Source: Promethearchaeota archaeon
GTDB lineage: Archaea > Asgardarchaeota > Lokiarchaeia > Sigyniarchaeales > SOKP01
DNA length: 64,000 nt
Direction of reading: 5' to 3'
NCBI GenBank assembly: GCA_048939015.1
Contig: JBHLPW010000008.1
Location: 33,694-97,693, forward strand
Shown here: positions 28,453-38,591 of the stretch, piece after piece
Position numbering within the stretch: the stretch's first letter is position 1
Layout: every line of letters starts with the position of its first letter
Notes under the pieces: model-generated
Database searches by the model: none
Seen by the model: the letters and a program-made list of their open reading frames with translations, nothing else
What the model was told of the DNA's origin: nothing
Program-made: the position numbers and the translations under genes

Positions 28453-31400
28453 TTAAGCCTCGGGTAATAGAATTACAAAAGAATCTCCTTCGACCCATAT
28501 TTTTCCATTGTAATTATTTAATACTCGTTCGACTAAAAGAAATCCTAAAATTATTTCTTTAATTTTACTGTCCTTTTCTCTCTCTTTTTGGAATATCAAT
28601 TCTTTTCCTATATTTAAAATTTCTTTCTGATAATCAATAATTTTTACCTTTACATAATTCATGTCATCAATTTGATTTCTAACGATAATAATTTTAATTT
28701 CAATTGTTGGATTTTTATTATATCTAATGGAACTGATAAGGATATTCACAAAAACATCTATTAAAAATTTATCAGCTTTTACAAAAAGATCTTCAAATGG
28801 GTGTTCGACAGTTATTCTAATTGTTTTATTGGAATAGCTGTTTGTAATAAATTCTTTAACATCATCAATTACATCATATAAATTTACAGGCTCAATTATG
28901 ACATTTGTTTCACTAATCATAGTTAATTTTTGGATTATATATATTAGAAGTTGACCATTTATGCATTGATCTTTAATAGAATCCAATATTTTTCTTTTAG
29001 GACTTAAGATAATTTGATGATCCTGCTCGTTATATTCATCTACCGATCCTTGAATGTTCTTAATTATAGAACTTATATCTTTTATGAATAATTCTTTATA
29101 AAAATACTCTCTATCTAATTCTTGGTGCATATATTCTTCACTTATGCGTAAGTTTTCTTCAGCTGACATACGGAGCATCACATTTTTAAAAATCTCTGAA
29201 ATTATGGTTAAAATTTCTAAATTCTCTTCGATCCAATAATTATGATCTGATATATTATCAAAACAGACTATTGCTTCTAAAATCCCATTGATTTTTATTG
29301 AAAATGTTAGAAAGTTGTTCACTTTGTGATTCGTAAGAAAGTACTTTAAATTAACAGCTTCTCTAGGAAGCTCATCTACGTTTTTTACATAAAAATAATC
29401 AAATTCTTTAAATTTCTCTATTAACCATGGAAAATTATTAATGTCTATACTTTCGGGTAAATTTAATTGGGGAAGAATTAACTTGCGAGACCAGGTATAA
29501 TTTCCTTTAGTGAAACTAAAATTAATATTAAATATGTAAAGATATGCTCGTGTTGCTTTAATGAATTCACCGAGTTCTTTAAGTGAATCAATTATAGCTT
29601 CTTCAAATTTATGTATACCAACAAATCTAGAAATAATTTCAGCAATGATTGCTTTTAGTCTAGAAATTTTCTTTAGTTCCTCCTCTAACTTCTTCTGCTC
29701 TGTGATATTCTGACAAATAATTTGATAAAATGTCTCATCACCAATATCGACTAAAGATGATTGCAGATTTACCCAAATTAAATCACCATTTTTCTTATAA
29801 AGCTTAATTTCTAATGGAGAGAAAATTTTATCTCGTTCTTGCCTTTTCAGTCTTTCGAGAACATCCATTAGATTATCTTTGTGTATTAATGAAAGATCTA
29901 CAAATTTCCTTCCCATTAATTCATCTCTTGTATATTCTAGTGTTTCCTCTAAAACAGGATTAAAATCAACTAAATATCCCGCAGAGTCAATCAAAAGAAT
30001 AGAAAAGGGTGAATCTTCAAAAAGATGACGGTATTTTATTTCAGAATGCTTTAACTTGACTTCTGCTTCTATTCTCTCGCTAATATTCCTAATAATATAT
30101 TGAATTAAGATTTGTCCACCCATCTGTACTTCGTTAAAACTAATTTCCACAGGAATTAAATTACCAGAACTATCAATAACCTCTAATCTTAAGGGAAATG
30201 GATAATTAACCTGATCGAATACTTCCTCATTAAAATCGATATCAATTATATCACTTAATATTTGGCTTGAATGCAATCCAATAAAATCTTCAAATGGCCG
30301 TTGAAATAAAATCTCAGCCTCCTTATTAGCATCCATTATTATTCCGGAGTTCTTATCAATAATTAAAATGGCATCTCGAGCGGCTTTAAATAATGTCTCA
30401 TAATGTAATTCAGCTATTTTAAGAGCTTCAATTGCAGGTCGATATAGATCAATTTGATTATTTATTGTATTATGAATAATTTTAAGGATATAATTTATTT
30501 GATCTTTATTTAAATAGTTCTTTTTTATTTCATCAAGATACTGAAGTATAGTGGAACTAAATTGGTTGATTATATTTTTAGGAATCTTTTCATTATAATA
30601 AATTATTAAAGATAATGGTAATATCCCACCTCTAATACTCTCATTTGAAACATAATCGAAATAGATTGCTGCATTTGAATTTAAGTGAGGGAATGGAAGA
30701 ATTACAAAAGTTGGCTTAAACTCATCTCCTCCAAAAATAAATTGCGATATTGAGAAACTTTTAACAGATATCAATTCTGGATCATCAAATGCATCTTTGG
30801 GATAAACAGCTTCTACTTTAAGACCAAGATTTTCATCCCAATGACTAAAAATTATGCTAACTTCACTTCTGGGTGTATAATGATCAATTCTTTCTGCAAT
30901 TTTTAGCGAAAGCCAATTAAAAGCCTCATCAATATTTATGTTTTTAATCCCGCTTGTCAGATATGATTTCATTGGTCTCCTTGTGAGTTTCTTAACACCC
31001 ATAGCTTCATCTAATTCATTTATATCTGGTTGTTTTAAATCAATTTTATTGTAAAGAATAAGAAGGGGCAGTTCCCATAATTCTGGTATCCCTGCAATTT
31101 CATGCAATAATTCACGCGCAAATGAAAATTTAATTCTATCAGTTACATCTAAAACAAAAATTAATCCATCTTGATTTTTAAGATAAGGCTTCCACAGTTG
31201 TTTTGCTTTATATTTTCCAGGAATATCATATGTTAACAACGATACATTATTAACTAAAATTCTAGAAATGTCCACATTTATTGTTGGAAATGTTGTTTTT
31301 GATACTGATTTCCTTCGCGTTTTAATTATTGTAGATTTTCCTGCCATCGTTAGACCGAAAATTAATATTTTTGCCTCCTTTTGTTCAAATATAATTTCTT

Positions 31401-31845
31401 GCTCAGGAAAAGATGTATGAAAGGTTTCGAGTAATATTCTTATCTCCTCGAGCTTTGCAGAATCTCCGTTATAAATTCTAGAGTTCACATAAAACCCTTT
31501 AAATGCATCTTTGATTTTTTTGAACTCTTCGACAAATCCTTCTAAAAACTCTTCAACTAAAGCAGAATTAATTTTGGATTTACCATCAATAACTAATGAG
31601 ATTAAAAGGCGCTCCTCTTTCGTTCTTGAATATTCACTTGGAATTTTGAAAATTAAATTAGCGGTTTTAAAAGTTCCAAATGTATGTTTAAAAAATCCTT
31701 TTTCATAGAGATCTATTAACAATGGTACTTGTTTAATATCATCTCTTTGAATAGTTTCAGGCATTTTTAAAAAAATATATGGAGGAAAATATGGATTCCG
31801 ATGACTTAAAACTAACATTCTCAAATTAAAACAACCTCTTTTCAC
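28453..31845 (-). CDS. Multidomain signalling protein: longin-like, Arf-like GTPase, longin-like, PAS, PAS, GAF, degenerate histidine kinase (true start probably TTG at 31824)
   Basis: G1 GLTMAGKST, G2 PT, G3 DIPG, G4 NKID, G5 TSG; Arf-like LWKPY/DGLIFVLD; two PAS/PAC repeats; GAF; HisKA/HATPase-like tail ending GKIWVE. Confidence 0.88.
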   Translation of the reverse strand: MKRGCFNLRMLVLSHRNPYFPPYIFLKMPETIQRDDIKQVPLLIDLYEKGFFKHTFGTFKTANLIFKIPSEYSRTKEERLLISLVIDGKSKINSALVEEFLEGFVEEFKKIKDAFKGFYVNSRIYNGDSAKLEEIRILLETFHTSFPEQEIIFEQKEAKILIFGLTMAGKSTIIKTRRKSVSKTTFPTINVDISRILVNNVSLLTYDIPGKYKAKQLWKPYLKNQDGLIFVLDVTDRIKFSFARELLHEIAGIPELWELPLLILYNKIDLKQPDINELDEAMGVKKLTRRPMKSYLTSGIKNINIDEAFNWLSLKIAERIDHYTPRSEVSIIFSHWDENLGLKVEAVYPKDAFDDPELISVKSFSISQFIFGGDEFKPTFVILPFPHLNSNAAIYFDYVSNESIRGGILPLSLIIYYNEKIPKNIINQFSSTILQYLDEIKKNYLNKDQINYILKIIHNTINNQIDLYRPAIEALKIAELHYETLFKAARDAILIIDKNSGIIMDANKEAEILFQRPFEDFIGLHSSQILSDIIDIDFNEEVFDQVNYPFPLRLEVIDSSGNLIPVEISFNEVQMGGQILIQYIIRNISERIEAEVKLKHSEIKYRHLFEDSPFSILLIDSAGYLVDFNPVLEETLEYTRDELMGRKFVDLSLIHKDNLMDVLERLKRQERDKIFSPLEIKLYKKNGDLIWVNLQSSLVDIGDETFYQIICQNITEQKKLEEELKKISRLKAIIAEIISRFVGIHKFEEAIIDSLKELGEFIKATRAYLYIFNINFSFTKGNYTWSRKLILPQLNLPESIDINNFPWLIEKFKEFDYFYVKNVDELPREAVNLKYFLTNHKVNNFLTFSIKINGILEAIVCFDNISDHNYWIEENLEILTIISEIFKNVMLRMSAEENLRISEEYMHQELDREYFYKELFIKDISSIIKNIQGSVDEYNEQDHQIILSPKRKILDSIKDQCINGQLLIYIIQKLTMISETNVIIEPVNLYDVIDDVKEFITNSYSNKTIRITVEHPFEDLFVKADKFLIDVFVNILISSIRYNKNPTIEIKIIIVRNQIDDMNYVKVKIIDYQKEILNIGKELIFQKEREKDSKIKEIILGFLLVERVLNNYNGKIWVEGDSFVILLPEA

Positions 31846-32186
31846 TTATATTAAATTAAGCCAAATGACTACATAAATTAAGTTTTTTGAAAAAGATTAA
31901 TGCGTATATTATCTATTCTAATGTAATTCTAATGTATATATTAAAGTTGTTAATTTTAGAGCATAGAACTTAACTTAGATAATAATAAAAATTCGAGTAA
32001 AAAAATGTTTCAAATTTAGAATTTTTAGAAAAAGTTTTGATTAAATAATTGTTTTCACAACCACCCTCTCTTAATTGTAGCAAACACTTATAAAAAAAAT
32101 AATCTTACTAAATTTTAATCCATGAATATAATTCATGATACACGAATCTTCTAAGGAATTAATAAATATAATAGAGGAAAGTACTT

Positions 32187-33143
32187 ATGGAATTTGTAGA
32201 AATTGCTAATGATGTATATGCCTGCTTGCAGGAAGATAGAGGGTTAGGATGGAATAATGGTGGCTTCGTGAATCTTGATGGAGGGTTAGTTATTGATACA
32301 TATTATGATTTGAACCTAACAAGAGAGATGATTGAGTTTTATAAAACTGTATCACCTTCTGGGACTCATCCAAGAAGACTTGTAAATACTCATCACAATG
32401 GTGATCATACTTGGGGTAATCAGTTATTTAAAGATGGTGAGATTATTGCCCATCGTCTTTGTGCTAAAGCAATGGAAAAAGAAAGAAAAGGTCATTATCC
32501 AGGGATATTCAATATGTGGATACAAAAACCTGAAACTACTCCACCTGAAATGAAACAATTTGCTGCAGCTTTAAGTCAGTTTGACATTTCGGAAATTGAA
32601 ATTACACTCCCGAATCACTTAATCGAAGATAAATTAGACCTTGAACTTGAAGGATATCCCTGCCAACTTATCTATGTAGGTCCAGCACACACTCCAGGAG
32701 ATTTAATCGTCTATCTCCCCGAACATAAAGTTATATTTGCTGGTGATATTGTCTTTTGTGAATGCACTCCAATAGGTTGGGAAGGAATCCACAATAAATG
32801 GATTGAAGCACTAGATCTCCTCGTATCTCTTAAGCCCGAGGTAATTGTTCCAGGACATGGACCTCTCTGTGGTATTGATGAAGCAAAAGAATTAAAGTCT
32901 TATTTTGAGTTTGTATATTCGGAGGCTAAGCGGTTCTATGATGAAGGACTCGATCCACTCGAAGCATCGAAAAAGATCAATCTTGGACCTTATGCTGACT
33001 GGACTGAGCCCGAGCGCTTATACTTTAATGTATTTAGAGCCTATAGAGAGTTCAAGATGGAAAAATCTTGGAAAGCCCCTCTTAAAGCCTCTGATCTCTT
33101 CGGTAATTGTATTGAATTACGAAAATACTGGGATAGTCTCTAA
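32187..33143 (+). CDS. MBL-fold metallohydrolase (cyclase-like)
   Basis: NTHHNGDHTWGN, AHTPGD, FAGD, VPGHG. Confidence 0.88.
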   Translation: MEFVEIANDVYACLQEDRGLGWNNGGFVNLDGGLVIDTYYDLNLTREMIEFYKTVSPSGTHPRRLVNTHHNGDHTWGNQLFKDGEIIAHRLCAKAMEKERKGHYPGIFNMWIQKPETTPPEMKQFAAALSQFDISEIEITLPNHLIEDKLDLELEGYPCQLIYVGPAHTPGDLIVYLPEHKVIFAGDIVFCECTPIGWEGIHNKWIEALDLLVSLKPEVIVPGHGPLCGIDEAKELKSYFEFVYSEAKRFYDEGLDPLEASKKINLGPYADWTEPERLYFNVFRAYREFKMEKSWKAPLKASDLFGNCIELRKYWDSL

Positions 33144-33263
33144 TATAATCTAATATAGAAACTTTAATTAAAATCAGACGCTGAATATACCTTTAGTATT
33201 GTTAACACATAAATGTACTAAAAGTAAATAAAATAGAAATTGTATAAATCTTGAGAATATTTG

Positions 33264-34742
33264 CTAAATCTCCAAAATTCCATCCCACGCCTTTCTTTCT
33301 TTTTCGAACAATTTATTAGCTGTTTTAATTTCATTTCCGAATATAAGTGTAGTTCTGCTTTTGCTATCATAAGTAGGCCAATTCGGAATACCCTCATGAT
33401 TCGGGGTTCCATTATGAGCAAATGACAGCCATGCATCCATCATATTTTCGCATAATTTTTCTGTATTAGATGCATTACCTACTAAAGCTTTCATTCCGGG
33501 GTCTTTAAAAGTATTAAATACAAACGGAAGTTCAAGAGCATGACAAGCACCAAACATTCCATCACTTATAGAAGTCTCCCAAGTAAATAGATAGTTATAA
33601 GTATTTGGTTGATATTTAGACTGTACTTCAAGAATTTGCAGTGTTGCAACTCGAAACATTAGATCAGTAACAATTGCATCCAACAATTCCTTTGGTTCAA
33701 TTGACAATAATCCTGTTCGTGCTTCTTTATAAGCATCAATGAGATTTCGAGCATTCTCAGAATTTATTCCCATCATACCTAAATAAAGCATTATAGCTTT
33801 TTCATGACGAATTTTTCTTGTTAGAGGATTCAATGAAGTAAGAAGTTTGGCTTCATGAAGATTAGTTCCCATCATTAAATCAATATTTTTACATTTACCC
33901 TCCTTGAATACTGTTAAAGGATGCACAGGAATTGTCTCACCATCGATTACTGGTCTAAAAGGTAGTGCGCCTGTCTTTGTGATTTCATTTTGAGCTTTTA
34001 TTATATCTTCAGGTGCGATTTCACGTAATGCATTGATATCTCTATTCTTTATCCCTAATGCTTTCATTAAATCTTTAGTAGGTTTTTTTGTATCTTTTGG
34101 ATCAATAAAAGGCATACTCTGTGCTATAATTCGGCGATATAAACCATCAGCAGCAGGCATCGCTGTTAAAGTAATAACAGAGTGAGCACCTGCAGACTCT
34201 CCAAAAATCGTAATATTACCTGGATCACCTCCAAATTTAGCAATATTATCATTAACCCATTTTAATGCTAAAATCTGATCTAGCATACCCATATTGGCAG
34301 TGACACCAGGAATGTAAAGATAACCAAAAGCGCCCAATCGGTAATTTATCGTTACTACCACAACATCTCCACGTAAAGCTAAGTGGGTTCCATCATATGC
34401 AGGAGATCTACCTCCACCAAAAAGGAATCCCCCTCCATGTAGCCAAAACATCACTGGCTTTTTCTTATTATCAATGGCCGGAGTCCATATATTAAGTGTT
34501 AAACAATCTTCACTTTCAGGTTGAAGTTTCCCAGTTACATCTTCCAATGCGGTATATCCTTGAAAAGCACAAGGTCCAAATTCAGTAGTTTCTAACACTC
34601 CATCCCAAGGCTTTTTAGCTTGTGGAGGACTAAATCGTAGATCGCCTATGGGGGCCTCGGCAAAGGGAATACCTTTAAAAATGTGCAAACCATCTTCAGT
34701 ATACCCTTTTATTTTTCCACAATTTATTTCTACAACTGTCAT
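33264..34742 (-). CDS. Type-B carboxylesterase/lipase (PnbA-like)
   Basis: FKGIPFA, SEDCLTLNIW, HGGG, NYRLG, GESAG, HALEL; ATG at 34742 preferred over the ORF-track start. Confidence 0.92.
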   Translation of the reverse strand: MTVVEINCGKIKGYTEDGLHIFKGIPFAEAPIGDLRFSPPQAKKPWDGVLETTEFGPCAFQGYTALEDVTGKLQPESEDCLTLNIWTPAIDNKKKPVMFWLHGGGFLFGGGRSPAYDGTHLALRGDVVVVTINYRLGAFGYLYIPGVTANMGMLDQILALKWVNDNIAKFGGDPGNITIFGESAGAHSVITLTAMPAADGLYRRIIAQSMPFIDPKDTKKPTKDLMKALGIKNRDINALREIAPEDIIKAQNEITKTGALPFRPVIDGETIPVHPLTVFKEGKCKNIDLMMGTNLHEAKLLTSLNPLTRKIRHEKAIMLYLGMMGINSENARNLIDAYKEARTGLLSIEPKELLDAIVTDLMFRVATLQILEVQSKYQPNTYNYLFTWETSISDGMFGACHALELPFVFNTFKDPGMKALVGNASNTEKLCENMMDAWLSFAHNGTPNHEGIPNWPTYDSKSRTTLIFGNEIKTANKLFEKERKAWDGILEI

Positions 34743-34872
34743 AATTAAATGTAAAATTGTAATAAATATAAAAAATATTTTGATTTTAGAAGAAAGGAAG
34801 TTCATTTGTGTAAATAACAACTTAATAATAATAAAAAAAATCCATAAATCGGTTAAAGAGCCAAGAAACAAA

Positions 34873-36045
34873 TCATAAACGATTTATTTTTCCATTTTTC
34901 ATTATGTATTTTTCTGTCAATAATTTTGGATTCTTGGCCATGGTCTTCATGACCTGCTTATTAAGATTTTCAGTATTCTCTAAAATATTAAGTGGAGGTT
35001 TTTCCCCTATTGCCATTTGAGCTAATTCAGTAATATAGTATGAATTAATTTTCTTTTCTGTAGCATGTCTAGATAATGTTGCAAGACAACCAGTGCAGAT
35101 ATGAGCTATTATATCCGCATTTACAACTTCTGCTTCCAAAATCCTCTTCTTTGCTATTTCTGTTGACAACGTTCTGTTTCTTATCATAAGAGGCGCTCCA
35201 CAACAGAGAGATTTCTCTCTATTGTGTTTCATCTCTACAACTTCTGCACCAATAATTTCAAGAAATTCCCTCGGGCCATCATATATTTTTTTATCTAGCA
35301 TTCTCCAAGGACATGGATCTTGAAATGTAATTCTTTGATCTATCTTATTTTTGATTTTTAACTTATCTTCATGGTACATTTCAATAAAATAGTCAATAAT
35401 AGTTTGACCTTCCACTTTAAATCCATCGATAACTGAAGGATAAATGCCTTTAATCATAATATCACATCCGGGGCAGAATGTGATAAGTTTTTCTGCACCT
35501 ATCGCTTTAAATTTCTCTTGTAATTCTAATCCTTTGATCCTTGCTTCATCTTTACCAAAATAAGAATGAGTATAGCCACCACAACAATACTTCATTCCAC
35601 CTATTAACGGTAAGTCTTCCAGTAAACTGGTTTTCGTCAAATCCGGAAAACAGTAGGGAATACCGCATCCAACATAAAACATCTTACTATTTTTTGGAGG
35701 ATTTTCGTATTCATTTAAACCTCGTTGTTTTTCCTCTGTGTCAATTTCTAAAGCTATTGACATTAAATTATGAGGAATCTCTTCAGTTATAAGTCCTACA
35801 CATCTAACGCCATTCTCACGATAATCTTTTAATCGTATTTCTCTAATAAGTGAATATGGATTTGACCCCGTGGGACAAATCACATTACAGTAAGAACAAC
35901 TGGCACAATTATTCATTATTTTTCGTGAAGTTCTCGTTTCAATCATTTTAGAAATCTCTTTTTTAGCCCTTTCTATCGGTAAATGCAAAAATGGACACTG
36001 TTCAAGACATGTACCACACTGCTGACAAGTTTCTTCATTATACAT
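34873..36045 (-). CDS. HdrD/GlpC-like (Fe-S)-binding protein with two CCG domains
   Basis: Two CxxCxxCxxxCP; CCG..CPGC; DPC..CCG..CTGC; GGAG SD before ATG at 36045. Confidence 0.88.
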   Translation of the reverse strand: MYNEETCQQCGTCLEQCPFLHLPIERAKKEISKMIETRTSRKIMNNCASCSYCNVICPTGSNPYSLIREIRLKDYRENGVRCVGLITEEIPHNLMSIALEIDTEEKQRGLNEYENPPKNSKMFYVGCGIPYCFPDLTKTSLLEDLPLIGGMKYCCGGYTHSYFGKDEARIKGLELQEKFKAIGAEKLITFCPGCDIMIKGIYPSVIDGFKVEGQTIIDYFIEMYHEDKLKIKNKIDQRITFQDPCPWRMLDKKIYDGPREFLEIIGAEVVEMKHNREKSLCCGAPLMIRNRTLSTEIAKKRILEAEVVNADIIAHICTGCLATLSRHATEKKINSYYITELAQMAIGEKPPLNILENTENLNKQVMKTMAKNPKLLTEKYIMKNGKINRL

Positions 36046-36156
36046 TTTAATAATCTCCAAGATTTTGAAACTAAATTTTTCGAGTTTATATTATTAAAAA
36101 ATGTGATCACTTAATAAAAAATATAAACACACTATTACTTAATAAAAGTTGATTCT

Positions 36157-36915
36157 ATGAAAGAAGAATATAAAATTTTCATAAATAAAGTACCAGTATT
36201 AAGGAATAAAGCGAAAGCTATTCTAACTATATTCTATATTCTGAGTTTGATTTTATTAATGGTTCTTTATTTTTATTATATTGATCCAATCACATGGTTT
36301 ATGCCAATTATTACTCAAACACTAATGGTTATAATCGTAATTATCATTTCATATATCCATTTTAATAAAGTAGACGATTATAGAAAAAAATATGGAATGC
36401 TAGCTTATCAACCATATTTTTATCGTTACATTATCCCATACATAGTATCTTGGTATGCTCTTTTTTATCATCCCCTTTTTATTAGCCATACGCCCCTATT
36501 TCCCTTTTTTGTATCCATTTTTATAGCCATTGTCTTATTTGTAATTTTGATCTTTATTACTTTACATATTGAGCGCGCAGGATTTAAACTAATTACTCAT
36601 GGAATGGACATTTATACTGTTTTTCCTGAAGAAACTACTGTCATCCGGGGAGAGATATATGGTTTTATTCGCCACCCTCTCTATCTAACACTCACCGTTG
36701 GATGTTTTGCTTTATCATTTGTCGCTAATAACATCATCGCTATATCAGCGGCAATAATTCAATTGATTCCTAGTATTATTGTTGGAAAGATGGAAGATAA
36801 AGGTCTAATTAAGAGGGATGGAGAAGCTCATTTAGAGTATATTAATTCTACTGCACTTTTATTTCCATTTAAGAGGATTTTAGGATTTCTTAAACTTTTG
36901 TTCTTCTTTAAATAA
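36157..36915 (+). CDS. ICMT/PEMT-like membrane methyltransferase family protein
   Basis: Multiple TMs; GEIYGFIRHPLY; E..L..R.G....Y. Confidence 0.75.
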   Translation: MKEEYKIFINKVPVLRNKAKAILTIFYILSLILLMVLYFYYIDPITWFMPIITQTLMVIIVIIISYIHFNKVDDYRKKYGMLAYQPYFYRYIIPYIVSWYALFYHPLFISHTPLFPFFVSIFIAIVLFVILIFITLHIERAGFKLITHGMDIYTVFPEETTVIRGEIYGFIRHPLYLTLTVGCFALSFVANNIIAISAAIIQLIPSIIVGKMEDKGLIKRDGEAHLEYINSTALLFPFKRILGFLKLLFFFK

Positions 36916-37089
36916 ACTTTCTTTCTTTTTCAAATATTTTTTATTTAGAGATTAGCAGTTTTAGATTTAATCTTATCAAATTTTTTATTTCTATTGGTAT
37001 ACAAAAGTTTAAATTCATTATCATTGTATTCTAAGCTTAACTTTTATTTTAATTAATAAGGTTCTTTAGCAAAAATTGATGATTAAAAA

Positions 37090-38307
37090 ATGTCCAAATT
37101 TAAGATTAAAGAGTCAATGATCCATGGCAATATCGAGCCTGGATTTGAAGAAGTAAAGGAGGAATTTATTAATAATTTTAAAAAAGGAGAAGAAGTAGGG
37201 GCTGCGTGTACTGCTTACTATAAAGGTAAGAAGGTTGTAGATTTATGGGGCGGGTATCGCGATGCAAAATCCCGCAGTCCGTGGAAGGAAGATACTTTAG
37301 TTCTTGTTTTTTCCACAACTAAAGGAATTTCTGGATTAGCTTGTGCCCTTGCACATACAAAGGGATATTTTGAATATGATGAAAAAGTCTCAAAATATTG
37401 GCCAAATTTTGCTGAGAATGGTAAAGAAAATATTACAATAAGACAATTACTTTCACATAAAGCAGGATTATGTGCAATAGATGAACCTTTAAATTTAGAA
37501 ACTTTAGGTGATCCTGATAAGATGGAGTCTGCAATTGCTAAACAAAAACCATTATGGGAACCTGGAAAATTACATGGATATCATGGTATTACGCTTGGAT
37601 GGTATGAGAGCGAGTTAATTAGAAGAACTGATCCCCAACATCGGACAATTGGCCAATTCTTTCGAGATGAGATTGCAAAACCTCTAGGATTAGAAATTTA
37701 TATAGGATTACCAGATAATATACCAGATGATCGAATAGCGAATATCTATGCTCCAATGTACCGACTTCGAATGATTTTTAACACTAAAAAACTTCCTAAA
37801 GAATTTGTAAAAGCATTTCTTAAAAAAGGTACTATAACAAATAGAACTTTTGCTAATCCTAAACTCCTGCAAACGGTTAAAAGCTATAATCAGCGTGAAT
37901 TGCGTAAGATAGAATTGCCCGCTGCAAATGGGATAGTCCAAGTAAGAGATGTCGCAAAATTATATGGCTTTTTCGCAACTGGTGGAAAAGAATTAAACAT
38001 TAAACAGGAAACTTTGAACGCTCTTATGGAACCAGCCGCTGTTCCAGATTTAGGCCCGTTAGACCAAGTACTTCACCTTAATTCACGTTTCTCTTTAGGA
38101 TTTTTAAAGCCTTCACCAGATTTTTCTTTTGGTTCAGATGAAAATGCCTTTGGAACCCCTGGAGCTGGTGGATCCTTTGCATATGCTGATCCTACCAATC
38201 AGGTTGGATTTTGTTATGCCATGAATAAGTCAGGATTTTATTTGGTTGGGGACCCCCGTGAGAAAGTTTTGTCCGATACGTTATTTACATGTATTAAAAA
38301 TTTATAA
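37090..38307 (+). CDS. Serine hydrolase, beta-lactamase/EstB (family VIII esterase)
   Basis: VVDLWGG, FSTTK (SxxK), LLSHKAGL, GYH, FGTPGAGGS. Confidence 0.92.
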   Translation: MSKFKIKESMIHGNIEPGFEEVKEEFINNFKKGEEVGAACTAYYKGKKVVDLWGGYRDAKSRSPWKEDTLVLVFSTTKGISGLACALAHTKGYFEYDEKVSKYWPNFAENGKENITIRQLLSHKAGLCAIDEPLNLETLGDPDKMESAIAKQKPLWEPGKLHGYHGITLGWYESELIRRTDPQHRTIGQFFRDEIAKPLGLEIYIGLPDNIPDDRIANIYAPMYRLRMIFNTKKLPKEFVKAFLKKGTITNRTFANPKLLQTVKSYNQRELRKIELPAANGIVQVRDVAKLYGFFATGGKELNIKQETLNALMEPAAVPDLGPLDQVLHLNSRFSLGFLKPSPDFSFGSDENAFGTPGAGGSFAYADPTNQVGFCYAMNKSGFYLVGDPREKVLSDTLFTCIKNL

Positions 38308-38335
38308 TTTCTTTTTTTATATCATAATTCTTTAT

Positions 38336-38530
38336 CATTCAAGTGTTAATATTGGGGATGAAAATTTAATAGAGGGAAATGGGTTGTATTTTGAAGAAAT
38401 CCATATATCCTCTCTTTTTATAGAGACTCCAATAATACCAAGTTATCCGCTCCCCATACTGTTCTCTATTATTGCTTTTTCATCAATAATAATCATTTTT
38501 AGATATAATCGTGTAAGAACTGAAACTTGA
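38336..38530 (+). pseudogene. Orphan C-terminal remnant of a surface protein (sorting tail only)
   Basis: ...ETPIIPSYPLPILFSIIAFSSIIIIFRYNRVRTET* with no credible start or signal peptide. Confidence 0.5.
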
Positions 38531-38591
38531 AAAAATTTCTGAATTATAATAGAAAAACTTTGATAATAATCGTTGTTATTTACTTACAATT

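Noticed and set aside
32121-32137. Palindrome CATGAAT-ata-ATTCATG upstream of the MBL gene
   Set aside because: Single AT-rich 7-bp arm with no adjacent regulator; could be chance
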